A DNA stretch of 64,000 nucleotides, taken from positions 1,310-65,309 of the forward strand of contig JABDHI010000003.1 in NCBI GenBank assembly GCA_013285655.1, written 5' to 3'. The notes beneath the pieces are model-generated. The model had not been told where the DNA came from. It ran no database searches and saw only the letters and a program-made list of their open reading frames with translations. Positions 1 to 10,336 of the stretch are shown here, piece after piece (position 1 is the stretch's first letter; each line of letters starts with the position of its first letter). Origin of the DNA: Bacteroidota bacterium. GTDB taxonomy: Bacteria; Bacteroidota; Bacteroidia; JABEUT01. Both the position numbers and the translations under genes were made by a program.

Positions 1-1515
1 TTGAAAGAACAAAATCAGAAGGACTTGATATGTATAATAGGTTGTTAACTTATTCATCCCTGAAAATATTTGGCAATAACTATTGGGGGCTGAGAATACC
101 TGATGTAATAGTGTCTTTGCTGTTTCTTCTACTTATGTTTTCTGTTTTTAATTCTATTAGTCCGGGAAATAAATTGTCATTATTGTTAATGGGCATAATG
201 GCAACAAACTTTTATCTCTTTGCTTTCTCACGTTATAATAACCCTCAAATATTTTCGGTATTGGCTGTTACATGGGTTATCTGGCTAATTGTTAAATATG
301 GGTTTGAAAACCCTTTGCCATTAATTGCGCTTGGTTTTTTTGCTGCCTTCGCCGTATTTTTTTGTGTATGTGATGAATTTCTTTTTACTAGCAGGAGTGG
401 GGTTGTTTGTTTTCATAAAAGCAATTCAGCAAAAAAAAACTTTATTGCTGGTGTACTTTCTTACAGGCATAGTTTTGTGTTTCCTGGCTTTTTTTGCCGG
501 ATTGCATTTGATTGGCAGCAGTTTAAGTATTGTTGTTAATAAGGTTATAAGTTACGGAGGAGGAGATAACGATATATTATTGGCAAGTGGAAATATTAAG
601 GCTTTATTTCAACGAGGTATAACCGCTCTTACTAATACGGGTTTTTTTCGATATCAGTTACCGCTTTTGTTTGTGTCACTGGTAGTATTGCCTCTGTTGC
701 TTATTAAGGCCTTTAAGAAAAACGAAAAAAATGGTTCCATTTCGCTACTAATATTGCTGATTTTAATTTGTCAAGTCTTGCAGAATTTCTTTGCTATCAG
801 TTATCCGTTCAAGAAGATGTTAGTTGATTTACCTGTCATCATGTTGTTATTATTTCTGGTGTTTAATGATTTTGACCTTAAAACTTTTGTGTTAAAGACA
901 TCTGGTAAATTTTTGATGTTAGCATGGCTTCTTGCGGCTATTGTAATTTGTTGGTTTAACTACAAAACCAATAAGTCGCCTGATTATTGGAATTATAACG
1001 GTGTAGGGTGCTTTGGTGCGACTCCTATGTGGTTCAATATTATAAATATCGGAAGTTGTATGACATTGGCCGGTATCTTTATTTGGGGTGTATTATTTAA
1101 TAGCTATAGCTATGGTAAGTCAGCGTTTACTTTTCTCTTTGTTGTTTCTTTACTTATTAACCTGGTGTTTACTATTAATGTGTTTATTGTAAATAGGAAA
1201 TATGAAGTAAGAGATTGTCTTGTAGGCCTTCGGCCTTTGATCAATAATAAGGTTGTTATAGAAGGGTTTCCACTTACATATCAACTATACACTGATTGTA
1301 AGCCTGCTTTAAATGGTTACGAAATTGATTTTATTGATAAACCAAGTAATGAGGTTTTTAATAGAATGTTGGCAAACAAACAAGCAGATTTTGTTATTGA
1401 TAAGGTTATGTCAGGAAATCCGCCATACCATAAAGACTACCCTGCTCTTACTTTGGTTAAAGTGTGTAACTTTGAGTGTTATAGTTACTATGTGTATAAA
1501 AACAGCCTCGAATAA
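1..1515 (+). pseudogene. GT-C fold membrane glycosyltransferase of the PMT_2/ArnT-like family (GT39/GT83-like). The 5' end lies outside the window. An apparent frameshift sits in a T7 tract near 357-363, splitting the gene into ORF 30..539 (frame 0) and ORF 325..1515 (frame 1).
   Basis: The N-terminus reads YSSLKIFGNNYWGLRIPDVIVSLLFLLLMF, typical of the first TM/loop of ArnT/PMT-like transferases. The product is polytopic and hydrophobic throughout. Two ORFs in different frames overlap by about 215 bp. The hydrophobic reading continues in frame 1 after the T7 run. There is no stop between position 1 and 30 in frame 0. Confidence 0.45.
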
Positions 1516-1531
1516 TATTTATTGTTAAAAT

Positions 1532-2050
1532 ATGCTGCCTAAACTTGTATTAACTGATGTGGATGGGGTACTTACCGATGGAGGTATGTATTACGACCAG
1601 AAAGATAATGAATGGAAGAAGTTTAATACCGCTGATAGTTTTGGGGTAATGCTCTGTAGTACTATGGGGATTGAGGTGGTTTTTATAACCGGCGAGGATA
1701 CTAAAATTGTTGAACGCAGAGCAAATAAATTGAAAATAAAACATCTTATCCAGGGCTCGCGTAATAAATTATCTGATGCTGAAAAGCTTTGCAAAAAGCT
1801 GAAATTGAAGTTAACCGAACTAGCATACATCGGTGATGATTACATCGACCTGAATCTATTACAAAAAGTAGGGTTTTCTGGTACGCCTGCCAATGCCCCG
1901 AGTTATATAAAAGATAAAGTGGATTTTGTGACTAAAAAATCTGGTGGTGAGGGAGCTTTCAGAGAGTTTATTGAGGAAATATTTAGGCGCGAAGGAATTC
2001 TTGATTCCACTATTCAAAAAATACTGGCTGAAAAATATAGCGTAAAATAG
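1532..2050 (+). CDS. HAD-IIIA phosphatase of the KdsC/YrbI family (Kdo-8-phosphate or nonulosonate-9-phosphate phosphatase)
   Basis: LVLTDVDGVLTDGGMYY...VVFITGEDTKIVERRANKLKIKHLIQG...AYIGDDYIDL...GGEGAFRE is near-collinear with E. coli KdsC motifs (DVDGVL, ITGR..., GDD.ID). Confidence 0.8.
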   Translation: MLPKLVLTDVDGVLTDGGMYYDQKDNEWKKFNTADSFGVMLCSTMGIEVVFITGEDTKIVERRANKLKIKHLIQGSRNKLSDAEKLCKKLKLKLTELAYIGDDYIDLNLLQKVGFSGTPANAPSYIKDKVDFVTKKSGGEGAFREFIEEIFRREGILDSTIQKILAEKYSVK

Positions 2051-2069
2051 AAGACTACTTCAGAGCAGT

Positions 2070-3416
2070 ATGGTGCATTTTAAAACATGGATATTGTTCG
2101 TTCGTACCATAATAAGCTTTGCCTTGTCACCTAAAGGCTTTTCTAAATATTCTCTAGCTGGGAAAACGTTGTTTTCACTAACTTTCAGATACCCTGATAA
2201 AAGCAAGCATAGTTTTGGCTTCTTTTTGAAAAAGTATTTAGAAGCCTTAACTTGTAAGCGAATAATGCTTAATGATGCATGTCATAAATATACATCAGGG
2301 GATATTTTTTTCTATGATAACGATTCTTCGGTAGCTAACGAAAAAGCCAGAAAGGGGCATATTGAATTTTTTTTAAAGCACCCTGTTAATGGTAGCATAT
2401 GGAAGGATAAACTGCTTGCTTACTTCAGTTTGAGCGATAAGTTTTTACAACTATTGTTTGAAACCTTGCTTTTTATATTCCTGCTTCCGTTAACCCTGTT
2501 TGCTGAATATGAAGGTTCATTGGGTATGATTTTTATTGAGTATATAGAATTAGTAAATCTGATTAAAATTGTAAAAAAAGAAGAGGTCAATACTTTGTAT
2601 TACTATTCTATTTACGAGAAGGATTCAAACATTTCTTCAATTGCATTACAAAATATGGGTGTTAGGGTTAATAAAATAACATCGCTTACACCACTTAAGT
2701 TCTGGAATAGTATTATAGTGGCTGCTGATAAACTGATATTATGCGATATGAACCAGTTAGACGAAGTAGATGAATATAAAAGTACTATTCAGGTAGATGC
2801 TATAGAAGTTTGGGGGCCGGAAACTATAGCTGGTTCGGCCGCTCATTATTTCAACGGAGGTAGATACGATACGAACAAGAACGTAATAGGTTTTTATTCT
2901 ACTGCAGCATATATGCGGGCTATGCAAGGAGATGTAGACCATAAAAACAGTGCAAGAAACGAAAATTTAGTTAAATCATACCTGGCAGAGTATTTAAGGG
3001 CTAATCGGGCAAAAAAATTAATAGTGTTCCCCCATCCACGTGAAAAACGTGCAGAGAATAAGAGATTAGTAGAAGACCACTATAACTCTTTCTTTAATGG
3101 GCTCAGCTTCACAATATATGATAGCGAACTACCTTCTTCCTTATGTTTCGATGCCGTTGATCTTGGTATAGCAATGTATTCGAGCGTTATTTACGAACGG
3201 CTTTATTTCGGGTTTAAGTGCCTGATGATGCCGGGTGAAGAGGGCTTAGAACTACCAGGCAAAGCTTTGAGCTATATTTGTGCTAGAAGTAAAGAGGATC
3301 TATTTGCCAAAGCTGATATGTTCTCAGATTTAACTGTGCTAGAATATTTTAAAAAAACAGGATTGAAGCAATCTCCCTTTATGGTTGAATTATTGAATAC
3401 CCCACATAGTAAATGA
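2070..3416 (+). CDS. hypothetical polysaccharide-biosynthesis protein, 448 aa, soluble, no recognised motif
   Basis: Long ORF inside the glycan locus, overlapping the next gene by 4 bp (ATGA coupling). No family recognised by eye. Confidence 0.5.
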   Translation: MVHFKTWILFVRTIISFALSPKGFSKYSLAGKTLFSLTFRYPDKSKHSFGFFLKKYLEALTCKRIMLNDACHKYTSGDIFFYDNDSSVANEKARKGHIEFFLKHPVNGSIWKDKLLAYFSLSDKFLQLLFETLLFIFLLPLTLFAEYEGSLGMIFIEYIELVNLIKIVKKEEVNTLYYYSIYEKDSNISSIALQNMGVRVNKITSLTPLKFWNSIIVAADKLILCDMNQLDEVDEYKSTIQVDAIEVWGPETIAGSAAHYFNGGRYDTNKNVIGFYSTAAYMRAMQGDVDHKNSARNENLVKSYLAEYLRANRAKKLIVFPHPREKRAENKRLVEDHYNSFFNGLSFTIYDSELPSSLCFDAVDLGIAMYSSVIYERLYFGFKCLMMPGEEGLELPGKALSYICARSKEDLFAKADMFSDLTVLEYFKKTGLKQSPFMVELLNTPHSK

Positions 3417-4024
3417 GTATTGTAATTGTAAATTACGGCTTGGGCAATTTGGCGGCAATTAAAAATATGCTGCGTAAGCTGGGTCATGATTCGGTTATAA
3501 GTTCTGATGTTGATGTTATAGCAGGTGCAGGTAAATTAATCATTCCAGGGGTAGGTGCATTTGGCAAAGGAATGGAGAACATTAAAAGCATGAACTTGTT
3601 GGATGTGCTTAACAAGAAGGCGTTGAACGAGAAGGTACCTGTACTGGGTATTTGCCTGGGTATGCAGCTTTTAACCTCGCATAGTGAGGAAGGCAATGTA
3701 AATGGGTTAAACTGGATACCATTACAAACTAAGAAATTTGTGTTTTCACAGGAACAAAAACTCACTATCCCTCACATGGGATGGACTGACGTTGAATACA
3801 AGCCAAATCATTGGTTGTTTGAAGGCTATACTGAACAGCCACGGTTTTATTTTGCGCATTCATATTATGTAGAGTATACCCCAGCGTATTCGGTTGCTGA
3901 AGCGGTATACGGGTTTAAGTTTGCTTGCGCTATTGAACATGAAAATATTGTAGGGGTACAGTTTCACCCTGAAAAAAGCCACCGGTTTGGCTTAAACCTT
4001 CTCAATAACTTTGCAACGAAATAG
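3413..4024 (+). CDS. hisH: HisH-like class-I glutamine amidotransferase subunit (WbuY-like LPS paralogue of imidazole glycerol phosphate synthase HisH)
   Basis: VIVNYGLGNLAAIKNMLRKLG...LIIPGVGAFG...VLGICLGMQLL...FHPEKS matches the catalytic Cys-His triad layout of HisH. It is encoded next to the HisF-like and PP-loop amidotransferase genes. Confidence 0.85.
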   Translation: MSIVIVNYGLGNLAAIKNMLRKLGHDSVISSDVDVIAGAGKLIIPGVGAFGKGMENIKSMNLLDVLNKKALNEKVPVLGICLGMQLLTSHSEEGNVNGLNWIPLQTKKFVFSQEQKLTIPHMGWTDVEYKPNHWLFEGYTEQPRFYFAHSYYVEYTPAYSVAEAVYGFKFACAIEHENIVGVQFHPEKSHRFGLNLLNNFATK

Positions 4025-4026
4025 CG

Positions 4027-4794
4027 ATGAGGAGAGTGCGTATAATACCGGTATTGCTTATAAAAGGCAATGGATTGTATAAGACCATTGGTTTCAAAAA
4101 GCCCAATTATATTGGCGACCCGATTAACGCCGTTAAAATATTTAACGATAAAGGTGTTGACGAAATAGTAATACTTGATATTGATGCTACTATTGAAAAA
4201 CGCGGACCGAATTTTGTCCTGATAGAAGATATTGCCAGCGAATGTTTTATGCCTATGGCATATGGTGGCGGAATAAGTAATATGGATCAGGCTCGTGCTG
4301 TTTTTAATTTGGGTGTCGAAAAGGTGGTTATTAATTCTGCATTTGAAAACAGTGCTGAGCTTGTTGCCCAAATTGCTGAAGAATATGGTAGCCAAAGTGC
4401 GGTAGTATCAATAGATTATAAAAAGAGTCTATTGGGTAGCGCTTCGGTTTTTACGGTCGGGGCTACTCATAAAACCAATTCTAACCCTGTAGATTATGCC
4501 TTGCAGGCCGTTAAAGCGGGAGCAGGGGAGTTGTTTATTACATCCATAGATAAAGATGGTACCCGTTTAGGATATGATCTACCAATGCTTGCTAAAATAA
4601 CCACGGCGGTAAATGTGCCTGTTATTGCTTGTGGAGGTGCTGATGGCATGGAAGACTTTTATGACGCTATTACTAAGTCAGGTGTATCCGCAGTTGCAGC
4701 GGGTAGTATGTTTGTATATAAAGGCGATATTGATTCGATTTTGATAAATTACCCTTCGCAGGAAGAGATAAATAAGTTGTATGCCCGATTATAA
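4027..4794 (+). CDS. hisF: HisF-like cyclase subunit (WbuZ/AglZ-HisF2-type acetamidino-modification protein)
   Basis: RIIPVLLIKGNGLYKTIGFKKPNYIGDPINAVKIFNDKGVDEIVILDIDAT...IACGGA shows the HisF TIM-barrel motifs. It lies in the O-antigen locus between the HisH-like and WbuX-like genes. Confidence 0.85.
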   Translation: MRRVRIIPVLLIKGNGLYKTIGFKKPNYIGDPINAVKIFNDKGVDEIVILDIDATIEKRGPNFVLIEDIASECFMPMAYGGGISNMDQARAVFNLGVEKVVINSAFENSAELVAQIAEEYGSQSAVVSIDYKKSLLGSASVFTVGATHKTNSNPVDYALQAVKAGAGELFITSIDKDGTRLGYDLPMLAKITTAVNVPVIACGGADGMEDFYDAITKSGVSAVAAGSMFVYKGDIDSILINYPSQEEINKLYARL

Positions 4795-4807
4795 GGAGAA
4801 TAAAGAA

Positions 4808-5947
4808 ATGAAGGTTTGTGTACGTTGCATTATGGATAATGTAAACGACCCTGATTTGGTATTTGATGAAAGGGGTATTTGTAACCATTGTCTAAACTAT
4901 GAACGTGAAGTTGCTCAACTGGATTTTCTTAATTCAAAAGGTCAAAACTTAGACTCTGTTTTCGCTAGAATTAAAGAAAGTAGTAAAGGCAAAAAGTATG
5001 ATGCAGTGCTGGGAGTAAGTGGCGGAGTAGATAGTACGTACCTTGCATATCTCGCAAAAAAAATGGGCTTAAAACTGCTATTGGTACATTGCGATAACGG
5101 CTGGAATTCGGAATTGTCTGTTAAGAATATTGAAGGAATCATTCAGCATACAGGGTTCGACCTGCATACAATAGTTCTTGATTGGGAGGAGTTTAAAGAT
5201 ATTCAGCTTTCGTTCTTTAAAGCAGGTGTGGTAGATATTGAATTGCCATATGATTATGCTTTAGTAGCATCCATCTACAAGGTTGCAGAAAAGCACGGAA
5301 TAAGTAGTTTGTTGAGCGGCCATAACCTGGTTACAGAAGGAACATACATGCCCAAAAGCTGGAGGCACGATAAGTTAGATATTATTAATATAAAGGCTAT
5401 TCATAAGCTGTTTGGTAAACGTAAAATGAAGACTTTTCCTCATTTTTCAACCTGGAGGATGTCCTATTATTCCCTGACTAAAAAATTCGAAAATATTCGG
5501 TTGCTTAACTATGTTAAATACGATAAAAAAGAAGCGAAGGATATAATTATAAAAGAAATGGGCTGGCGCGATTACGGAGGCAAGCACTACGAATCGGTAT
5601 TTACCCGCTTTTATCAAGGCTATATTTTACCACAGAAATTCCACATCGATAAAAGACAGTTTCATTATTCAGTACTTATTTGTTCCGGGCAAATAACCCG
5701 TGAAGAAGCGTTAGAAGAAATGAAGAAACCTACCTATCCAAATCCGCAAATGCTGAAAGAGGACACTGAGTATGTGAAAAAGAAATTGGGTTTTACCGAT
5801 GAAACATTTGCCCAGTATATGTCGGCGCCCATTCACAAACACACCGATTACCCCAATATGGAGGTTTATTGGAAGCAATACTACAGGGTTATAAAGATAC
5901 TAGTGCCATTTAAGTTTATTCTTCGGGCAATATTTGAGCGTAAGTAA
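4808..5947 (+). CDS. N-acetyl sugar amidotransferase (WbuX-like PP-loop ATP pyrophosphatase, LPS biosynthesis)
   Basis: An N-terminal Cys-rich CxxC...CxxC segment is followed by the PP-loop VLGVSGGVDSTYLAYLAKK. The start is chosen at the internal ATG at 4808 (MKVCVRC) to avoid a 14-bp overlap; 4781 is the alternative. Confidence 0.85.
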   Translation: MKVCVRCIMDNVNDPDLVFDERGICNHCLNYEREVAQLDFLNSKGQNLDSVFARIKESSKGKKYDAVLGVSGGVDSTYLAYLAKKMGLKLLLVHCDNGWNSELSVKNIEGIIQHTGFDLHTIVLDWEEFKDIQLSFFKAGVVDIELPYDYALVASIYKVAEKHGISSLLSGHNLVTEGTYMPKSWRHDKLDIINIKAIHKLFGKRKMKTFPHFSTWRMSYYSLTKKFENIRLLNYVKYDKKEAKDIIIKEMGWRDYGGKHYESVFTRFYQGYILPQKFHIDKRQFHYSVLICSGQITREEALEEMKKPTYPNPQMLKEDTEYVKKKLGFTDETFAQYMSAPIHKHTDYPNMEVYWKQYYRVIKILVPFKFILRAIFERK

Positions 5948-5949
5948 AA

Positions 5950-7200
5950 ATGGGGAAATCAGTACTTATAGTTTCCTATACTTTTCCTCCTTCTACCAAT
6001 GTGGGAGGTAGGCGCTGGTCTAAAATGGTGCATCATCTTGCTAGTGCCGGGAATAAAGTTCATGTGTTAACAGCAACACCTAATGAAAAAAGTGAGTATG
6101 ATACATCTTCTAAAGATGGTATAACAATACATCGTATTAATGGTGGTTACCCGGAAATACTTGCGAATTATAAGATCTCAAGCTTTGTTCAGAAAGTAAA
6201 GTATGCATTAACGGTTAGGTATTTAAACCTTACCAATAAAGGGAATATATACGATAAGTCGGTTTGCTGGAAGGATGCTTTGCAAGCTAAGATACTGGAG
6301 ATAACCAGGCGAGAAAATATAAAGAATGTAATTGTTTCAGCCCCACCGTTTCAGCAAATGCATTATGTGGCTGAACTGAAAGATAAGCATCCTGAATTGA
6401 ATATTATTCTTGATTTTAGGGACCCGTGGGCCGAACACGCTGATTTTTCAAAATTCTATAGCCTGTCAGATGAACGAATGCGGTACCAACTACAAATTGA
6501 AAAAAATGCTTTAGATAAAGTCGACACTGTTATTTCAATTTCGCAAGGCATTACCGAGGGACTTGAAAAAGTATTAGGTAAAGCAAGTGATAAGTTTGTT
6601 ACCATAACCAATGGTGTTGATTCGTCTGATTATAACTTTTTGAAGAATCTCCCTGTTTCAAGCGATGATAAGTTTCGGATAGTTTATTATGGCTCACTAT
6701 ACCCGCGAACTGAAGATAACCTTGAAGCTTTAGTTGGTTTTATTAATAGGAATATGGAAGTTCTTAAAAAAGCAAATGTGCAGTTTGAGTTTTGTGGGCA
6801 TGTAAATGATAGTGGATTGACTATTTTGCAGAAGGCTGAGCCAGGATTCATAGTGTATCATGGCGTAAAGCCATATAAAGGGGCCTTACAGATACTTAAT
6901 GGGGCATCAATGGGACTCATTATAATTGCAAAGGACCATGAGGATATACAGTTTAATACCAAGCTTATGGAATGTATGGCACTCCATAAAAGGATTTTCT
7001 TAATTGGCCCTGATGGTAGGGTGGGTAGGTTCCTTGAAGAGAACAAAATTGGAGTTAGATTCTCAAATGAAACCATTGGTGATATGCTGGGCTGGATAAC
7101 AGACAAGAATAAGCTCAACTCACTTTCTTATGAAAATTTTGACCTCTCTCTTTTTGAATATAGTAACTTAGCAAAGCAGGTTGAGGCGCTACTTAAATAA
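5950..7200 (+). CDS. glycosyltransferase family 4 (GT-B)
   Basis: The N-terminus SVLIVSYTFPPSTNVGGRRW is a GT4 signature. The size of about 416 aa fits. Confidence 0.75.
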   Translation: MGKSVLIVSYTFPPSTNVGGRRWSKMVHHLASAGNKVHVLTATPNEKSEYDTSSKDGITIHRINGGYPEILANYKISSFVQKVKYALTVRYLNLTNKGNIYDKSVCWKDALQAKILEITRRENIKNVIVSAPPFQQMHYVAELKDKHPELNIILDFRDPWAEHADFSKFYSLSDERMRYQLQIEKNALDKVDTVISISQGITEGLEKVLGKASDKFVTITNGVDSSDYNFLKNLPVSSDDKFRIVYYGSLYPRTEDNLEALVGFINRNMEVLKKANVQFEFCGHVNDSGLTILQKAEPGFIVYHGVKPYKGALQILNGASMGLIIIAKDHEDIQFNTKLMECMALHKRIFLIGPDGRVGRFLEENKIGVRFSNETIGDMLGWITDKNKLNSLSYENFDLSLFEYSNLAKQVEALLK

Positions 7201-7217
7201 CGACCCTGTTTTAAGGA

Positions 7218-8237
7218 ATGGAAGTAATAACAAGAAATGAAATAGTAAGTCATTCTGATTTTGATGAGAGTGTATTGCCTTATTTTCTATCCGTAGGCTA
7301 CGAGGCTTTTATAAAGAAGTCTGATAATTACCTGTTGTTTTATTCTAAGATATTAAATACGTTAATGCCGGTACGTAAGTACGCCGTAAAATCATTCGCA
7401 CTTTTACAAGTCATATATCCACCAGTTACCGTTTCAGGTACAAGGCTTTCAGCAAAAGATGAAAAGCAATTTTTAAATGAATTCACTTCTCTCGTTAAAA
7501 AGAAGAAACTAGGAATAAGGGTGGTACAGTCATATAGTTATGCCGTTTTTAAGGCCGTGCCTACAGGTTCTGTTTCTTGCCCCTTTGGTACCTATGTTGT
7601 AAATATGGCAAAGCATATTGAAGAAGAGTTATTCTTAGGTATTGACCCTAAAGGCCGTAATAAAATACGGAATGCCCAAAAGAATGGAGTGGAACTGAAA
7701 TGGGGCGTTAAGCATGTCGCTGATTTTTATAAGCTATATAGGGATACAATGGAGCGTTCTAAAATGTATTGCGATACTGAGGAGCACTTTTTAGAAATGG
7801 CAAAGCAATTGAGCAGTAATAATATTTTGTGCGGTGTATCTTATGTAAGTGGTAAACCGCAGGCTGGTTTGTTTATTCCGTATACTGCTTATTCCGGTTA
7901 CTATTTACATGGGGCAATGGCTGCTAAAATGGATAACCCCGGGGCTATGGATTATTTGCAATGGGAAGCCATACGGATTTTGAAAACTAAGGGTGTTAAA
8001 CAATATGATTTTGTTGGGGCCAGGCTTAGTAATGTTGCCGGCACTAAATTAGAGGGGATACAGAATTTTAAGAAAAAATTTGGTGGCGAACTTTTGCATG
8101 GCCATTTATGGAAGATGGACATAGATACCATGCAGTGCAGAATATTTGACGGGCTTTTAAAAGTTAATCGCACTTTAAAGCGTGCAGTGAAGCATAAAGA
8201 TATTATTGACGAAGAGCTTGAAAAATTAGTTGAGTAA
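7218..8237 (+). CDS. FemAB-family/GNAT-fold (aminoacyl)transferase-like protein
   Basis: The C-terminal segment LHGAMAAKMDNPGAMDYLQWEAIRILKTKGVKQYDFVG...KKKFGGE resembles FemAB / lipid II glycyltransferase-type acyltransferases. It sits in the glycan locus. Confidence 0.4.
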   Translation: MEVITRNEIVSHSDFDESVLPYFLSVGYEAFIKKSDNYLLFYSKILNTLMPVRKYAVKSFALLQVIYPPVTVSGTRLSAKDEKQFLNEFTSLVKKKKLGIRVVQSYSYAVFKAVPTGSVSCPFGTYVVNMAKHIEEELFLGIDPKGRNKIRNAQKNGVELKWGVKHVADFYKLYRDTMERSKMYCDTEEHFLEMAKQLSSNNILCGVSYVSGKPQAGLFIPYTAYSGYYLHGAMAAKMDNPGAMDYLQWEAIRILKTKGVKQYDFVGARLSNVAGTKLEGIQNFKKKFGGELLHGHLWKMDIDTMQCRIFDGLLKVNRTLKRAVKHKDIIDEELEKLVE

Positions 8238-9258
8238 TATGCGCAACAAGCCCGTAAAAAATGTTCTGTTCACCTTCGATTATGAACTCTTTTTAGGAAA
8301 GAAGAGTGGTAGTGTTTATAGGTGTGTCATAGAGCCCACACGCAAGCTACTCAATCTTTTTTACGATTATAATATTTCTTCAGCCATTTTTTTTGTGGAT
8401 ACCCTTTGGCTTTTTCGGTTAAAGAAGGTTACAGAAGAAAGCTCTATTGCTAAAAAGGACTATGAGATGGTAGTTGAGCAGTTACAGCAAGCTGTTCGGT
8501 TGGGGCATTACGTGTTTCCGCATTTGCACCCACATTGGATAGACGCTACTTATTTAAAGGAAGCTAATCAATGGCAGCTTATCAACTACTCGCATTACCG
8601 CATGCATAATATTGATAAAAATGAACGCGAAAAATGGTTCAATGAGTCGGTGGAATTATTAAGGGAAATTGTGGGTAATAATTATATTCCGGTTGGTTAC
8701 CGGGCTGGCGGTTGGTCAATACAACCATTTGAGGATTTCGATCCTTTGTTTCAAAAGCATAATGTGCAATGCGATTTTAGTGTGTTGCCTGGGTCAAAGT
8801 ATATTTCGCCTGGCCAGCATTACGATTTCTCAGATGTTAAAACAACTATTCCGTATACTTTCTCTACCGATGTGGCTGTGCCTGGTAATGGCAGATATAC
8901 AGAATTCCCAATCAGTATACTGCAGCTTCCAAGTGTAAAAAGACTGATAAATAGGTTCTATTTGAAATACCTTTGGTGGAGCGGCTCCCGCTCTCATGGC
9001 GATGGAGTGGGTATAGTATCTGATATTGGGCCTCCTACAATGGATAAAGGGAACGAAATGGTATCTGTGGAATTAATAAACGAGGTGAAGCTATCTCTAT
9101 ATCTAAAGTTCTTGAGGAAGAATGATTACATGCAGTTTATATCGCACCCCAAAATGCTTACTCAGTATAACATTGATACATTCCGCAATTTTATACGTAA
9201 GGCAATACGTTCCTATAAACTGAATACCGATTTCATGAAAATGAAACCTGAGAATTAA
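8230..9258 (+). CDS. polysaccharide deacetylase-like (NodB/CE4-like) protein
   Basis: N-terminal VLFTFDYELFLG (TFDDG-like motif) and His-rich PHLHPHW. Weak by-eye similarity only. Confidence 0.35.
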   Translation: MSNMRNKPVKNVLFTFDYELFLGKKSGSVYRCVIEPTRKLLNLFYDYNISSAIFFVDTLWLFRLKKVTEESSIAKKDYEMVVEQLQQAVRLGHYVFPHLHPHWIDATYLKEANQWQLINYSHYRMHNIDKNEREKWFNESVELLREIVGNNYIPVGYRAGGWSIQPFEDFDPLFQKHNVQCDFSVLPGSKYISPGQHYDFSDVKTTIPYTFSTDVAVPGNGRYTEFPISILQLPSVKRLINRFYLKYLWWSGSRSHGDGVGIVSDIGPPTMDKGNEMVSVELINEVKLSLYLKFLRKNDYMQFISHPKMLTQYNIDTFRNFIRKAIRSYKLNTDFMKMKPEN

Positions 9259-9265
9259 AAAGCGC

Positions 9266-10306
9266 ATGGATTACTATTTCCCAGGCCCGATTGAAACCCT
9301 TAAGATACCCCATAACAAAGGGTTGTTGAAGTATTCTGTCAATTCAGGCGAAAATGCAGTAAGGCTTGTGCTTAAATGTTTTGGCCTTCAACCTAAGGAT
9401 AAGGTGGCAGTTCCTTTATTTGTATGCGATTCGTTAAAGGAGGCTGTTATAAAAGAGCACCTGCAGCCGCTATATCTCGATATTAAAGAAAGTAATTATT
9501 GGACAAATTATGATTTGGAGCTAATAGAAAAACAGAATGTAAAGGCTATTATATTGGTTCACTTATACGGCTTTATCCATCCGGATACTAATGCAGTAAG
9601 TCAATTTTGCAAAGAGAATGGAGTGTTGCTAATACATGACATGGCCCAATGTTATGGAACTGATGAATCGCTACTTACATACGGAAGCATCATATACTCA
9701 TTTGGCCCGGGCAAGTCTACTACTGCAGCAGGTGGTGGGTTGATTAAAACCATAGATGAGAAATTCTACACCAGCCAAATAAACAATCCTCCCTGGTGGG
9801 CTAATATTAAGTCTGGTCTTTTTTTTAAATCAAGGGTATTTGGGTATAAGTTCTCTGTTTTAGATAAACTGTGGCAAGCTGTCTTATCAAGATGTGCTTT
9901 AGGTAAGTCTATTGAAACGATGAGTGGTAACCAAAAGGATGCTGCAGAGTACGTTATGGAGATTGTTAATGGTAAAACTAAAGTGCGGAAAGAAAAGTAT
10001 GGGGTATTATCTGATTCAATAACCAATAATCCTGAACTTACAATTGCCTACGATGATAATGAGGGTCTTTATTTTAAGTGTGTTATAAATGTAAAGAGAG
10101 ACGTTCAAAAGTTTAAAGAATATCTGAGAAGTAATGCTGTTCCTTTTTTTAGTCTTTGTGACTCAATTACTATTGGTACAAATGAAACTGCCGATAAGCC
10201 CAGGTTCATTTTAAATGCCCAGCGGTTTATAGAGCTTTCAACTGAGGCAAGCATACCTTTAGTTGAGATTAAAAGGGTAGGCGAGGTATTGGCTAAATAT
10301 AGATAA
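9266..10306 (+). CDS. DegT/DnrJ/EryC1/StrS-family PLP-dependent sugar aminotransferase-like
   Basis: The segment HDMAQCYG...IYSFGPGKSTTAAGGG fits the SF..K....GGG PLP-lysine region of DegT-family enzymes. Confidence 0.5.
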   Translation: MDYYFPGPIETLKIPHNKGLLKYSVNSGENAVRLVLKCFGLQPKDKVAVPLFVCDSLKEAVIKEHLQPLYLDIKESNYWTNYDLELIEKQNVKAIILVHLYGFIHPDTNAVSQFCKENGVLLIHDMAQCYGTDESLLTYGSIIYSFGPGKSTTAAGGGLIKTIDEKFYTSQINNPPWWANIKSGLFFKSRVFGYKFSVLDKLWQAVLSRCALGKSIETMSGNQKDAAEYVMEIVNGKTKVRKEKYGVLSDSITNNPELTIAYDDNEGLYFKCVINVKRDVQKFKEYLRSNAVPFFSLCDSITIGTNETADKPRFILNAQRFIELSTEASIPLVEIKRVGEVLAKYR

Positions 10307-10336
10307 GGCATTGCTGTAAAAGGTTATTTTTGCAAG

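Noticed and set aside
1313-1528. 71-aa ORF overlapping the 3' end of the GT-C transferase
   Set aside because: It is in an alternative frame of a well-supported CDS.
10325-10332. TATTTTTG -7-like box just 5 bp before the wecB GTG start
   Set aside because: It is too close to the start codon to serve as its promoter unless the transcript is leaderless. Probably a chance match in AT-rich DNA.
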